A DNA stretch of 64,000 nt from Amoebidium appalachense (lineage: Eukaryota > Protista > Ichthyosporea). Below, in pieces: positions 36,183-48,892 of this stretch. Below the pieces are notes generated by a model that ran no database searches, had not been told where the DNA came from, and worked only from the letters and a program-made list of their open reading frames with translations. The position numbers and the translations under genes are program-made. Location: contig CAVNZM010000015.1 in assembly GCA_963693365.1 (NCBI GenBank), positions 2,852,001-2,916,000 of the forward strand, written 5' to 3'. Position 1 is the first letter of the stretch, and every line of letters begins with the position of its first letter.

Positions 36183-36804
36183 TACACATACACACACACA
36201 TACACACACACACGTTCAACTTTTGTTGAAGGCCATATACACACACGTGGAAGGGCTACACACTATGGAGTTCCCATCGCCCTCTTTGAAGAACAAGGGA
36301 AGCGGGGAAGGGGTGGGTGGGGGGTGAGGGATGGGCACAGATACAGAAGAGAAAGAGAGGTGGGGAGGAGTGGATGGGGGGAAGGGAGGGTTTGCCCAAA
36401 ATTGACCCCAAAACTTCAATTTCACACATGGCGTGCATGTGAACACAAAATGCACACTGCGCCCAATCACCATCCAATGGTGGGTGCTTTAGCCATATGT
36501 GGTCATTCATGCTGTGTGCTGATTGGGTATCCGTCAGGTGACAATGACCCCATTGACGTCATTGAGATCGGTAGCAAGGTCTTGCCACGGGGCTCCGTCA
36601 CCCCTGTCAGTACACCCCCCTCTCCCCCACTCCCCTACACACACACACACAAGCGTGCGCGCGCACATTTCTCCTTCCTCAGCCACTCACAGGCGCACCT
36701 ACCAACCCGCACACACACACACACACACACAAACACAAACACATGCTTCCGTGCCTGCAGACAGACACACGCACACACACAAACACACGCATGCATGCAT
36801 GCAT

Positions 36805-36836
<32 letters not shown>

Positions 36837-37177
36837 ATACACATCCGTGCATGCGTGCATGCGTGCTCGGTGCCTCAGATGTGGTGTGCAGACTAATTAT
36901 ACAGTGGTATAGAACCTCACACAAGTCTCTGTTGTCAGAGAAAGCACATCACGATGTCTCTAGTTCTCTCTCTCTTTTTTTTTTTCTCTCACCTCTTTCG
37001 CTTTCCCCAGCATGCCTTCCCTCCTCTACCTCTTGCCCCCTTCTATATACATATCCCCCACCCCCACCTCCCCCAAACACGCACACGCACAGGTTCACTT
37101 AGGAAACCACATACTTGCAAAACACCCACTTTCTTTCTTCTTACTCGTCCCCTCCCCCCCACCCCCCACCACTACCA

Positions 37178-37215
<38 letters not shown>

Positions 37216-37474
37216 CGGCGAAAATGATGCATACTCACTGTGTGATCTGCAATCTGCGTTATGTTGTTGCGGCGTGACTATGTACTCTGTAAAGTAATCA
37301 AACCCTCTCCCCCCGCTTACCCACCAACGCCGCCGCCACCATTGCTATCGCTATCAGCCTAGCTCTATATTACAACCGGCTCTCTCAACCCCGAACCATT
37401 TTCTCTTTTTCATTCCGTTCCTTCCTTGTCGCACAGGCATATTAGCATCCTGTCCCCCTGCCCCCTTACCCCCA

Positions 37475-37505
<31 letters not shown>

Positions 37506-37580
37506 TTCTCCCTCCCCTACATACTCTCATCCCGTCTCTCCTCTCCCCGTCGTCCCCCCCCCCCCCCTCCCCCCCCCCCC

Positions 37581-37611
<31 letters not shown>

Positions 37612-37955
37612 AAACACACACATCTCACCCCATCCTTACCCACACACACACCCCACCCTACCCACACATACAGGTCAAGGCGCTTGGTGTGCTTGGGCTG
37701 ATCGATGAGGACGAGTGTGACTGGAAGGTGCTGGCAATCGCCACAGATGACCCAATGGCTAGCCAGCTCAACGGTATGTTGTTCCCCCCCCCCCCCCCCC
37801 CCCCCACTACCACCACCACAATAACCACAACCACACACACACACACACCCGCCGCCACCATCGGGGGTGACGCATTCATGCTCAAGTAAAAATATTTCAG
37901 TTGGGTTTCGTCGACGAGGTGAATGGGTCGAAACCTCTCGGATACTGTGAATGAC

Positions 37956-37996
<41 letters not shown>

Positions 37997-38498
37997 AGGA
38001 TGGGCTCTGCTTATGACGCATACTGTGCGCATGGCTGATGTTGCATACTTGAATGTTTGCCTTTGCATGTGTCCTGCACCATGCTTCCCATCGTGTATGC
38101 GTACTTCGTACCGTGTTCCGCATTCAAACCCCCCCCCCCCCCCCCCCCAACACACACACACACACACACACACACATGCACATGCACGCACGCAAGGATG
38201 GGGTCTGCCCCTGTTGCGCACTACACGTTGCTGATGTTCCATACCATGACGTGACCTGTGTCCTTTCTCCTGCACCGTGTTTCACATCGTGTAGTTTACC
38301 TTCGTATGTACCGTGTTCACCATTCTACCCTTGCCCTTTGCCCCCCCCCCCCCCCCTCCATCCCCACATTCCCACCTCTCTCTCTCTCTTACCTTGAGGC
38401 ATTTGCATTCTGTCTTGTACCCTTCATGGGAGGATTTGCTGTAAACATACCGTTTATTCATTTTGTGCAGAAAGAGGTGGTTTCTGATCCCCCCCCCC

Positions 38499-38545
<47 letters not shown>

Positions 38546-38851
38546 ATGTACATGTACACCGTCTGTGCGCATGCAGACATTCAGGACGTGTTTGCAAAGA
38601 TGCCCGGTGTTGTTGAAGATGTGCGTGAGTGGTACCGTGTGTACAAGGTCATTGACGGCAAGCCCGAGAACAAATATGCATTTGATGGCGAGGCTAAGAA
38701 CAAGGTGGGTGTTAAAGTATTGCATGTGAACGGAAGGGAAAAGGATGGTTTCTTTAAGAAATCAGGTTTGCTTCAGACCCGAAAAACTTTTATACTATAC
38801 TTTCTGGTTCGGGGTTTCTTCCCCGTCCGGTCCCTCCTCACGTCCTCACCA

Positions 38852-38883
<32 letters not shown>

Positions 38884-39683
38884 TGAATGCGTCAAAAAGT
38901 ACGAAGTACACAAGAACAAACGGATAACACGATGCAGAATGCAAGCCATACATAAAGAGTATGCATAATAAGCAGAGCCCATCCTCAGGGGGGGCCCACG
39001 TCATCCACAGTACCCGAGTTTCGACCTATTCCCCTCGTTAACGAAACCCAACTCAGATACTGTTTCACTTGAACATGAGTAGGTCACCCGTCTTGATCAG
39101 AGACGAGCAGGGTTGCTTATGCAGGCAAGGGCAGTGGGAAAGGCCGGGGGTTAAAGTTGCAGCAGTAAGCAGAAGCAAGAAAAATATAGATAGGAACTCA
39201 GGAGACGGGGCTTCTAGGAAGCTCCCCCGTCGATACCTAAGTCGATACTTCCCTGGCTAACATACTACACCAGCTGAAAAGAATTAAGTCCCGAAGGCCG
39301 CAGAATTCGTAATCAGAGGGGAAAATATGAGATTTGACCCACGCCGCAGGGTAGTAACACGCTTACTAGGGCGGAACTTTATCGTCTTCGAACGGAAAGC
39401 TATGCCCCCGGATGTCAGCCGGAAATATGGTATCACCCATTGCTTTGGGCTTGAAAAAAGCCAAACCGATAGTCCGAGTTATGTTACGCCGGCGGGTAAC
39501 ATGCCACATGGGTTCCAAGGGAGCTGTCGCCAACAGAGCGGTGTGTGCATGCGTGCGCGTAACGCAATGTGTGAAGTGTGTCTATAGCTATGAAAGGGGG
39601 TATGCAGAAGTGGACAGATGAAGTGTGTGGAGAGAAAAACAGTAAGAAGAAAAGTAGACACCGGTATGTGCAACCCCGCACAG

Positions 39684-39717
<34 letters not shown>

Positions 39718-39782
39718 AATAAGCGAAGATTACAGGTAATCAACCAGAACAACAAATGACAAGCAAAACAACAGGCGCCAAA

Positions 39783-39814
<32 letters not shown>

Positions 39815-40974
39815 AGAAAGAGAGAGAGAGAGAGAGAGAGAGGGAGGGAGAGAGAGAGAGAGAAGGTGGGGGGGGGGGGGGGAGGGGGGTCTTAGGGATG
39901 CTGCAGAATCGTCAGATATTAGACAAATCGTACCAATACGATCATTCTCTCATATATGTGAGAAGATTGTGACTAACGATGTGCAGAGCTGGTTAAGACC
40001 TGTTGAGTGTGCAGAGAAAATGGGAGGGGAAGGGGGGGAGGGGGGGGGGGGGTGGGGGGGGGTGAAGTAAGAGAGGGGAGGGAATGTTAGAGTGTCAGTA
40101 GTCTCAGGGGACCCTGCAGAGTCGTTAGATGTCAGACAAAAACGCACCAACGACCAAGTTCTCCGAGGGGAGAAATGCGTAAAACGTTCTGCAGAGTGGG
40201 TTAGAGACCTGCTGATGAGAAGAGTGTATACAGGGTTTGGCCAGGGGGGGGGGGGGGGGGGGGGAAGGGGGGGAAAGAAGGTAGGAGGGGAAGGGGGGGG
40301 GGGGAGGGGAGGAGAAGGGAAAAAAAAAAAAAAAAAAGGGGAGGGGGGGGGGGGGGGGGGGGGGGGGGGAGAGAGAGAGAGGGAAAAAGAAAAAAGAAAA
40401 AAAAAAAAAGAAAAAAAAAACCCTGTGGTGGACAGATCAGAGACGAGACCTCCATTTCAAAACTTACCAGGCAACCCAAAAACCTAGCCGGCTGAGAAAG
40501 AAGAACGGCGGGGGAATTGTTTGGGAAAAGGAGCGGGGGGAGAGAGAGAGGGGGGGGGGGGGGGGGGGGGGAAAGGGGGGGAGAGAGAGGGGGAGAGGGA
40601 GAGAGAGAGAGAGGGAGGGAGAGAACGAGAGAGAACGAAAGAGAGAGAGAGAGGGAGGGAGGGGGGGGGGAGGTGTAGGGGCTGGTAGGGGGGGAGGGGG
40701 GGGGGGGGGAAACCGGGATAGAGTGGGGGACTAGGGAGTGTTGATCTTTTTAGTGATGATGGAGAGTATGTGAGAGGAGTGAACGCCACGGTATATGTGC
40801 GGGTGTGTGGCGAGAAAGCTGTGCATTTTGTGGTGCAAGAGTCTAAACGAGTAGCCTTTGTTAAGCAATGTTTTAGCAAGTCGTGCAGTGCATGTGGTGA
40901 ATGCAGCAAGTGTGGAGCATTTGCGCTGGTAGCTATGCATTTGACTTGTCATGATGCCGTATTTTGCAGTGCGT

Positions 40975-41016
<42 letters not shown>

Positions 41017-41405
41017 TTACAGTACATGTTTGGTTGCTAACATATTGTCTATTGGCGAATGTGTGGTTGCTGACATCGTTAATATTAGTACATAATAGTT
41101 ACCATTGTTAGCACCTGCACTAAAATGGTATTTCTAGCACGTGTTTTTTTTTTTTTTTTTTTTTTTTGTGCTGACATATTATTACCACTATTATTGTCAC
41201 ATGTTACTGTTATTGGCACATGTTTTTACTTGCTGAAAAATTACTATTATTATCACATACGTTACTACTATGATTACATGTTTCATTGCTGACACATACC
41301 ATCCAATGACTGCAGGCGTATGCCGAGAAGGTGATTGAGGAATGCCACCACCACTGGAAGAACCTGCGCAGCGGAAAGTCTCCGGCTAACGGCCTGGTGG
41401 CATAG
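32908..41405 (+). CDS. PPA2: Soluble inorganic pyrophosphatase, family I (~278 aa, 9 coding exons), probable mitochondrial presequence
   Basis: Exons 32908-33009, 33575-33604, 34369-34511, 35448-35525, 35905-36002, 36538-36605, 37674-37773, 38577-38704 and 41316-41405 total 837 nt. Motifs: [63 protein letters not shown]. The PPA2 vs PPA1 label rests only on the presequence. Confidence 0.93.
37862..38128 (+). mobile_element. Diverged (subfamily B) retroposon copy with its internal C7 run expanded to ~40 C; a further diverged copy follows at ~38192-38330
   Basis: Reads GTTGGGTTTCGTCGACGAGGTGAATGGGTCGAAAC...TGACGTG(C)nAGGATGGGCTCTGCTTAT...CATTCAAA(C)n. Confidence 0.85.
38882..39540 (-). mobile_element. 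Longest retroposon copy: possible ORF C-terminus (stop at 39366-39368) plus a 484-nt structured 3' region ending at poly-C
   Basis: 38882-39488 is near-identical to 16817-17423. The minus frame reads [57 protein letters not shown]. The extension to ~39540 is inferred from frame continuity only. Confidence 0.85.
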
Positions 41406-42089
41406 ATGCATGCACACATGCACACACACACACACACACACACACATGTGAACACACATGGCACGTGATTTATGTGGTGGTATATGTGCATTAACACGTG
41501 CATTTGCATCTATAAACACATACCGATAATTGTCTGCCTGTGGGTGAGTGCTCGACCCGGACAAAGGGTGGAGCCCCAAACAGTCCATGCAAATACACAG
41601 GCATAAGGTCTCTAATGAATGTGCGTGCAACAACATTCGCACCATAACATACATACAGGGGTTATATATGACTTAGAGTACTATTGATCTAGTACTGTGG
41701 GCTCTTGGAGGACGCCTTATAATAAGAATAAAATAAAAAACCGGAAGCCCGCTAAAAACTGGCACCCACTTGCAAGTTCCGCATGTCGAATGTGTGATCA
41801 AGTACGCACTTCAAAGCGTGTTATAGAAACAAACAAAAGAAAAGTAGGAATAATGGTGGGTGGGATAAGCTTGTGTGTAGTGGTATGTGTGTGACAGAGA
41901 GAGAGTGTGTGTGTGCGTATGGGGGGGAGGGGGGATGTGAGTGCGTGGGCGTGCGTGTATGTGTGTGTGTGTTGCCCAGGGGGGTTGATTTACGCAGCAG
42001 AGGGTTGGAAATATTAAGGAGGGGACATCAAAAAGCAAAACACAAAACGCCAAACCCTGTTGGCAACCCCCTCCGAGTCCCCCCCCCCC

Positions 42090-42141
<52 letters not shown>

Positions 42142-42853
42142 TATATATATATAGCAGAGCCTTTCATCAGCTTGAGGCCATGAGTGGAGTTCCCGTGCCT
42201 CGACTCAAAAGAATCATTATGGGATTGAACAATTTAAACTCTCGTGTTTAGTTCCCAACCCATACTTTATTTCAAAAGCAATATATGCGTGCCAACCCAT
42301 CTACGTGCAGGGTTTCTGTGTTATCAAGTTATTCCTTACGGTCTGGCAGATAGTTTCTGTTCTTACTATATGAGCTGCTGCCGCTTGTATAGTAAGAACA
42401 GAAAATACCTGGGGGGGTTGGGGGGGGGGGGGGGGGGGTGGGGGGGGGGGGGGGGGGGGGGGGGGGGTCGGGGGGGGTCAGTTGCTTCCATGAGCCATGC
42501 ACCGTACGGTACGCGTGTATGTCAAAAAAAGCGTAGGGATGAATGGCTAAAAAAAGGCATCAGAGCGTCGATCCGGATAATATATGTAGCTACTATGCAC
42601 AGCATTCTGCAGTTATAAAGAAACATTTGAGTATACAGAATTTTTGTTCAACAGGTAGCAAGCAATGAAGAGGATCCAATGAATATATATGCTGCCTACG
42701 GCTTATCATCGAAAATTTTCCGAAACCGTTGTGTTCGAAGCTAACAGCTGTTGCAGTGTGTGTATGTGCACGTTGGAGTGTGTGGTTGGTGGTAGTCGTG
42801 GGTGCACGTGGGTGGTGGTGCTGGGTGATTTGGAGGGGGGGGGAGGGGGGGAA

Positions 42854-42884
<31 letters not shown>

Positions 42885-44040
42885 AATATATACATGTATA
42901 TGTGTACAGGCATGCATACATCATCTTCGACGTTTGACAAAGAAAAGGGGTAGTATTGGTTCACGTGCACGATCATGGCCCCCCTCCTCCCTCCTCCCCC
43001 AACCTTCCCCCGGGGCCTGGAGCCTTAAAATTCTCTGTGCCGCACTACTCCATACGACCCCCCCTACCTGAAGGGCAGGATCATATAGATCAAACGTGGG
43101 CATGAATTTTCCATCCGCATCCACGATAAAGCAATATACTGGTACTGCACAGGTAATATGACTGCGTGCCGTACCTCGAGGGCTGGGGGGGAAGGGGGGG
43201 GTGGGGGGGGGGGGAAGGTGGCCTCTTCATATCAGATTTTCTCACTGGTAAGCTATGCTCAGCAATTAAAAGATGTTACCAATACGAATTATTAAATATT
43301 ATAATCAGTATAGATCATATAACCGAATTTACTATTCTCAACTCACAATTGAGACACATGAGCCAAATTCAAGTAACCAAACTTCAAATATATGATATTA
43401 AATGTACTTAAAAACTATAGACATTGCTTTACCATCTACGTAATAAAACACTTAGAAAGTCGTGCAGTGTGTTGGTATTAAGACACCTCTAATACACACT
43501 TGTGATGCCCCTTCGGAACAGGCTGAATACTCTGGAACTCAAAGATGTTGAAACCTTTGTGTCGAAATGAACATATCTTTTGCCCCCCCCCCCCCCCCCC
43601 CCAAAAAAAAAAAAAAACAAACAAAAAAGAAAAAAAAACAACAAAAAAAACACCCTCCTCGTCCTCCCGGTGGAGCTAAGTGACAGAAAAAGAGAAAAAG
43701 AGAGAGCGTGTGGGGTGAACGTGTCTGTCAATCCAAACCCTTAGTAAACAATCCGGTGCAAAACACACCGATTATGGCAAAAACCGATGTCTCACCGGGA
43801 GACTAATAGTCGTATTTATCAGAGTCTCTAGCAGCCCCCCCCCCCCCCCCTCTCCCCCTCCCCCCCACCCGCCTCAAACCTCTGCCCCTACCCTCCCCTC
43901 TCTTTCCTTTCCCCGCCACCATCTACGCTGCGCTACTCTGCATAGAGCTGTGATACTATGTGAGGCACTTAGCCCTATACGTGTAATCCAAGCAACACAC
44001 ACACACAGTTACTTTCAACAAACACACTTTCCATCTCGCT

Positions 44041-45655
44041 CTACGCAGGCCGGCAATAACCCTTTTTGGGACTCATACCACCAGCAGACGGTGGGCACTC
44101 CTTGGGGCCACAGGCAATGGGGTTCCACGCCTGAGTCATAACACACTTAACAGGGCGGCATCGCATCGGCCGAACACACAACCAGTCGGTGTTTTTACCC
44201 CCCAGGGAAGAAACACAGTCGGTTGTAGCTTCACACAGCACGTACGTGGGTGTCGTGGTGGCTGGTCGAGCCGTGAAGACGGGTGCAGATGGCTGGATCG
44301 CTGGTTTCACAAACGTAAACGTGGGCGTCGCTGATGCTGGTTTTGCCGATGTCACACTGACTTTAGCGGGGGTAACCTTTGCCGGTACCGCTGGTGTGGG
44401 TTTGGGAATGGGTGTGATGTTGTGAGGGGATGTGGGTTTGGGGATGGGTGTGATATTGAGAGGGGATGTGGGTTTGGGAATGGGTGTGATTTTCGTTGGG
44501 AGGGGGCGGTTTGGCCCCGGTCGTGATGAGGATGGGCGGGGCGATGGTTGCGGGTTTAAGCAGGGTTGCAACTGGAGTACGGGTGTTCACTAGAGGGGCG
44601 TCAACGGCGAAGCTTGTAAGGGGTTTCAACGGGGGCACAACAGGAGCCGGGGCAATAACGAGGGGGCCCCCAACGGAGGGTGGAACACCCAGGGTAGGAT
44701 GCGGCGCCTGTACTGATGATGATGCGGATATGGTCGGGAAGGCCTTTGTGATTATCCCACCGCTCAAAGCGCGGAGGAAGCCGAGGCGATCCGTGATCAA
44801 AGCCTGCGGGAAAAGGTTCACGGGGGTTGGAGTAGCAGTGGTCAGAGGGGAAAGGGTAGGTGGTACGATGGGTTGCAGTTCGACCGGAAGAATGAGGGGG
44901 TCAATAATCAGTCGAGGCTGGGAATTTGTGACCGTTTGGGTGGTTGTGGGTTGCAGTTCGACGGGAAGAATGAGGGGGTCAATAATCAGTTGAGGCTGGG
45001 AATTTGTGACCGTTTGGGTGGTTGTGGGTTGCAGTTCGACGGGAAGATTGAGGGGGTCAATAATCAGTTGAGGCTGGGAATCTGTGACCGTTTGGGTGGT
45101 TGTGGGCACAGCAATCCTTACAGGGATCTTCAACATGGCGCGTGGGTCGGTGGCACAGGGGCCATTGCTTGCAAACGAGAAGGAATTGCCGCTGAGGCAA
45201 CTCATGTACTCAAGGAGGCATAAATTATCGAACGTTTTCCCGTTCGTAGCACACACGTACAGGATGTTTCTATTGCAGAGGGCTTTCTCTTCGCAGTTGA
45301 AAGTAGGCGCAGGGGGTGCGATGCTTTCAACAGCGACGGTGGGAAGCGGCTGAACTTGAACGATGTTGAGTGACGGTTGAGGCTCGACGAGGCCTAGATT
45401 GATCGGGGTCGAGGGTCTAGGGTCCGTAGCACATGGGCCGTTGCTTGCAAACGCAAAAGCATTGTTGCTGTAGCAACTTGCCTCCTGTAAGGTGCATAGG
45501 TTGTCATAGGTTTTCCCGTTGGTCGCGCACACGTACTGGATTGACTTAATGCACATGCGTGCGCAGTTGTCTGTCTGTGCGTGCGTGTGCTCGCAAGAGT
45601 TTAGGGCGGCGACAGCAAAAATCAACGCTTTCAGAGGCGCTAGGCGGACACCCAT
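44041..45655 (-). CDS. Intronless secreted protein: 2 Kazal domains + Pro/Thr mucin-like repeats + C-terminal 8-Cys domain (~537 aa if a +1 frameshift at the G5 run 44502-44506 is corrected)
   Basis: Signal peptide, then Kazal motifs CARMCIKSIQYVCATNGKTYDNLC...C...GPC and CNRNILYVCATNGKTFDNLC. 78-bp x3 (44871-45104) and 36-bp x~3 (44395-44490) coding repeats follow. ORFs 44363..45655 and 44041..44571 join as ...GAKPPLPTKITPIPKP. Confidence 0.88.
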
Positions 45656-47616
45656 GGTGTACGAGTAGAGAAAGGGTTAATTGTATATAATACTTATTTC
45701 TATACCTTACTGTTATGTAGAATGAAGTAAGAATAAAGCAGAAAGTGGAAACTTGGGAAAAATAAGAGTGAAAGAGAGCTAATAAAACAACTTTTCAACT
45801 TGGAAGGACTTCGTGATCATGAGGTTTTGAGAGTCGGATGCTCCCATGCATTTATTATGTAGTTTGATTATTGTTGAACTTATTACGTAGCCACCTGGAA
45901 TGTGGAAACTAGACCCCCTAGATTAGAGGCTTATTGAGAACACAAGTTTGCTTGACGGTATGAACGAATGAATGTATATAGCGAGACGTAAATACTAAGG
46001 TACATAAGCTTGTGCAACATGTATATCAAATGTAATATAAACCATCAATGGGCGGCTCAATCATGCCAAAGGGTTAAGGCATTTAGATAGGTATCCGTAC
46101 AGACACTCTGTTCTGTGAATTAGCCCCACGCAAGCACCAGCCAACACTTGCAGCCAACTTGGTAAAGATTTTGGGGGGGGGGGCTCTTGCATATTAAAAA
46201 TTTCTAATCAAGCTGAAAGTTGATTATATTCTAATTAAAGTTGTTAGACTATAGTTCTCGTATTAAAAGGGTGCAAAAAAACCTTTTATCTAATCAAACG
46301 CCTTTTATACTTCAAGGGCGTTCGAGATATCCTTAGAGATAATACTTCTGTTCAATCCTGATAGAAAGGGGTTTTAGCAACAACGCTACTATTCGCTCGC
46401 TATTTATTGAATCGATTCAATCGAAGTACAATCAGGAGTCCAATCAAATGACTTCTATCCCAACCCCGATTGACTCGACATGGTGCTATCCCATAGTATT
46501 GGCTGGTAAGCAATAGACATAAGTAGCTTATTGATATACTAATTTAGACAGGAAAAAAACGAATAATGTTTTCCTCTTTGTAACCTATACCGAACGCTGG
46601 ATAGCCGTCATGGGCGAATGCCCAAAGAGACCACAGATGCTCATATCATATGCGGCAAAGATGGATAAAGATCGCGATTGCTGATTGGTATATTTTATTC
46701 CTTTATGCATATGCAGCATTCCTTACATTTCTTACATGCCAAACCCCAACTTGAAAAGCCTTGCGATGATCCGAACAGCTGAGCACTATAAATAAATAAA
46801 AAAAATTCACATAAAAAAATAAATAAATAAAAATAAAAAAAATAGAAAACGCACCTATTGATTTCAAAAAAAAGAAAAAAAGTAGGAATCATTAGTAGCT
46901 CAGCCTGAGACTCTTGTAGGCTAGCGCTCACTGGCGTGGATGGCGCCATGGGCATGGGCATATCCATGGCACGTGCACGTCAGGATCCTTTTTTGCACCT
47001 TTTGCACGGCGGAGACCTTCATGATGGTTGTACTATGCACTGCAGTGGACTTGAATCTTTGAAACTGCACCATGGTCGGATATAATGGTGTTATACATTA
47101 TGTGTGCTAGTCTGCAATGTGCACAAATAATATGCATGCACGGTCAGACGGTACTGTTAAACGTTTATTGAGACGGGCGAGCTCTGTATACGTACAGTTC
47201 TATTATGTTAACTTGGGAATGTATGACCGCACCGATCCACGTGTGCTGGCTGGCGCCTGCCAGTTGCGCCAAGCGATTATCCGAGTCAATCATCACGCGA
47301 GAAAGGTAGCCCTACGTTTTAAAAAAACCGTTTTTACGAGAGGGTGCCCTACGTATACCAACCATTTCACTCAAGCTTGACGTTACGGAATTCATAGAAA
47401 CGGTCAAACAAACAAAAATCGAGAAATATGGACTGCGCATGTCAAATTGTACATGACATTGACAATGTGGAACCCACTTCATTTTGGAAGCTGCCAGAAC
47501 TCCCCATTTATGTTTGCATTGTGTGTGTGTGTGTACATGTGTGTGTACACATGAGGCGCGCGCGCGAGGGTGTGTGTTTTTTTTTTGTTTTTTTTTTTGT
47601 TTTTTTGGGGGGGGGG

Positions 47617-47654
<38 letters not shown>

Positions 47655-47909
47655 ATAATACACCATGACATGCATGGTACTGATCACATGTACATGCACA
47701 AGCGATCGTCGAAGTTCACAGAACGGCTCAGTGCCCACAGCACATGTCTTCACAGTTTAATTATTCCTGAGTTTATTCCGGATTTCCCTCCGAATCGAGT
47801 CACCCATACGTACTAGCTAGTACACATGCGTTGTCCTTCTGGCATATACCACACCTGTGTACTATCAACAGAACATCCCCCCCCCCCCCCCCCCCCCCCC
47901 CAAATCCAC

Positions 47910-48892
47910 CCACCCACAATTTTTGTGACAGAGTAACGTTTTCCAGTTTCCATTCGCTGATGTGTGCAAAAACATCTGCAGGCTCTTGCAACTTGTATAA
48001 GTTGTATCCTGTGTGTGTCTCTTCATACAGGATATCCAGTGTTCTGGTGTGGTTTGGCTGGAGTACTAAGTGGCGGGGTTTTAGGCGGTTCATAAAGGGT
48101 GTCCAGTCCAGATCCTTAACTTGGTTTGTGTCATGGAGCAGAGTGCGTCAAATGAACCAACAGAAAAGTCCTAGTCAACCTCTTTTACTTCACCATCAAC
48201 TGAACTGTACGTATAGGAGGCAGACACTTTAGGCACATATTCGCTTGTCATAAAACACTCAAACAAAAAGGCACGCAGCAGGTCTGGCTTTTTAATGGCT
48301 TGCAGAAGATTTGCACGAGCAGATTCAATTAAGGCAAATTGGTGTTGTAGGTGTGTGCCGAGTGGGTGTGCAAGTGTAAAAGCCTGACGCAAAGCCTGTG
48401 ATGTCTGGTTTTTGTGCATAGTGGTGAGAGATGCCATATGTGTTGGTGAATGCCTCGTGTATGTCTTATAGCAGTGTCAAGTACACGGGCAGATAATTTC
48501 TGGAGTGTGTGTGCGTGAAAATCAAGATCCTCATTTTGTGCAAATGATGCATTGTGTCCAAGTTTCCCACTTCCAAAGACTTCATACATTTCACTTCCCG
48601 CAAGGTACAACAGAGGGCCGACATGCGCAGGGTTGTCAAGGGTACGCCACAGCATGTGCATGCACTCAACGTTATCATAACCTGGAACTGTGAACGTTCA
48701 GGGAAACGGTTTGTTGGGAGTTGCCATGTGATAAAAGAGACGGAAACGTGTAATTTGTAAAGAAAGTAGACACTGTGCGTGGCACACATCAGTCTTGTAA
48801 TTATTCACGTCGTACTCCAGGTACGCGGAGAGTGGCGGCGTCTGCGCCATAATTGCGGCTAGAAGAAGCCACAACACAGCAACGATGGCCAT
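47910..48892 (-). pseudogene. Disrupted intronless ORF for a putative secreted protein of unknown family
   Basis: Starts with signal-like MAIVAVLWLLLAAIMAQ. An in-frame TGA at 48698-48700 is followed by the same frame (48329..48661), then shifted protein-like segments 48171..48437 and 47800..48093. The ~1 kb is free of microsatellites. Confidence 0.45.

Noticed and set aside
39327-39587. Plus-strand [11 protein letters not shown]... as the element's protein; also LTR or Helitron interpretations (TGTTAC...GTAACA hairpin at 39481-39502)
   Set aside because: The truncation pattern and G-U wobbles point to the opposite strand. There are no TG...CA bounded repeats, PBS/PPT or CTAG end. Not fully excluded without a full-length copy.
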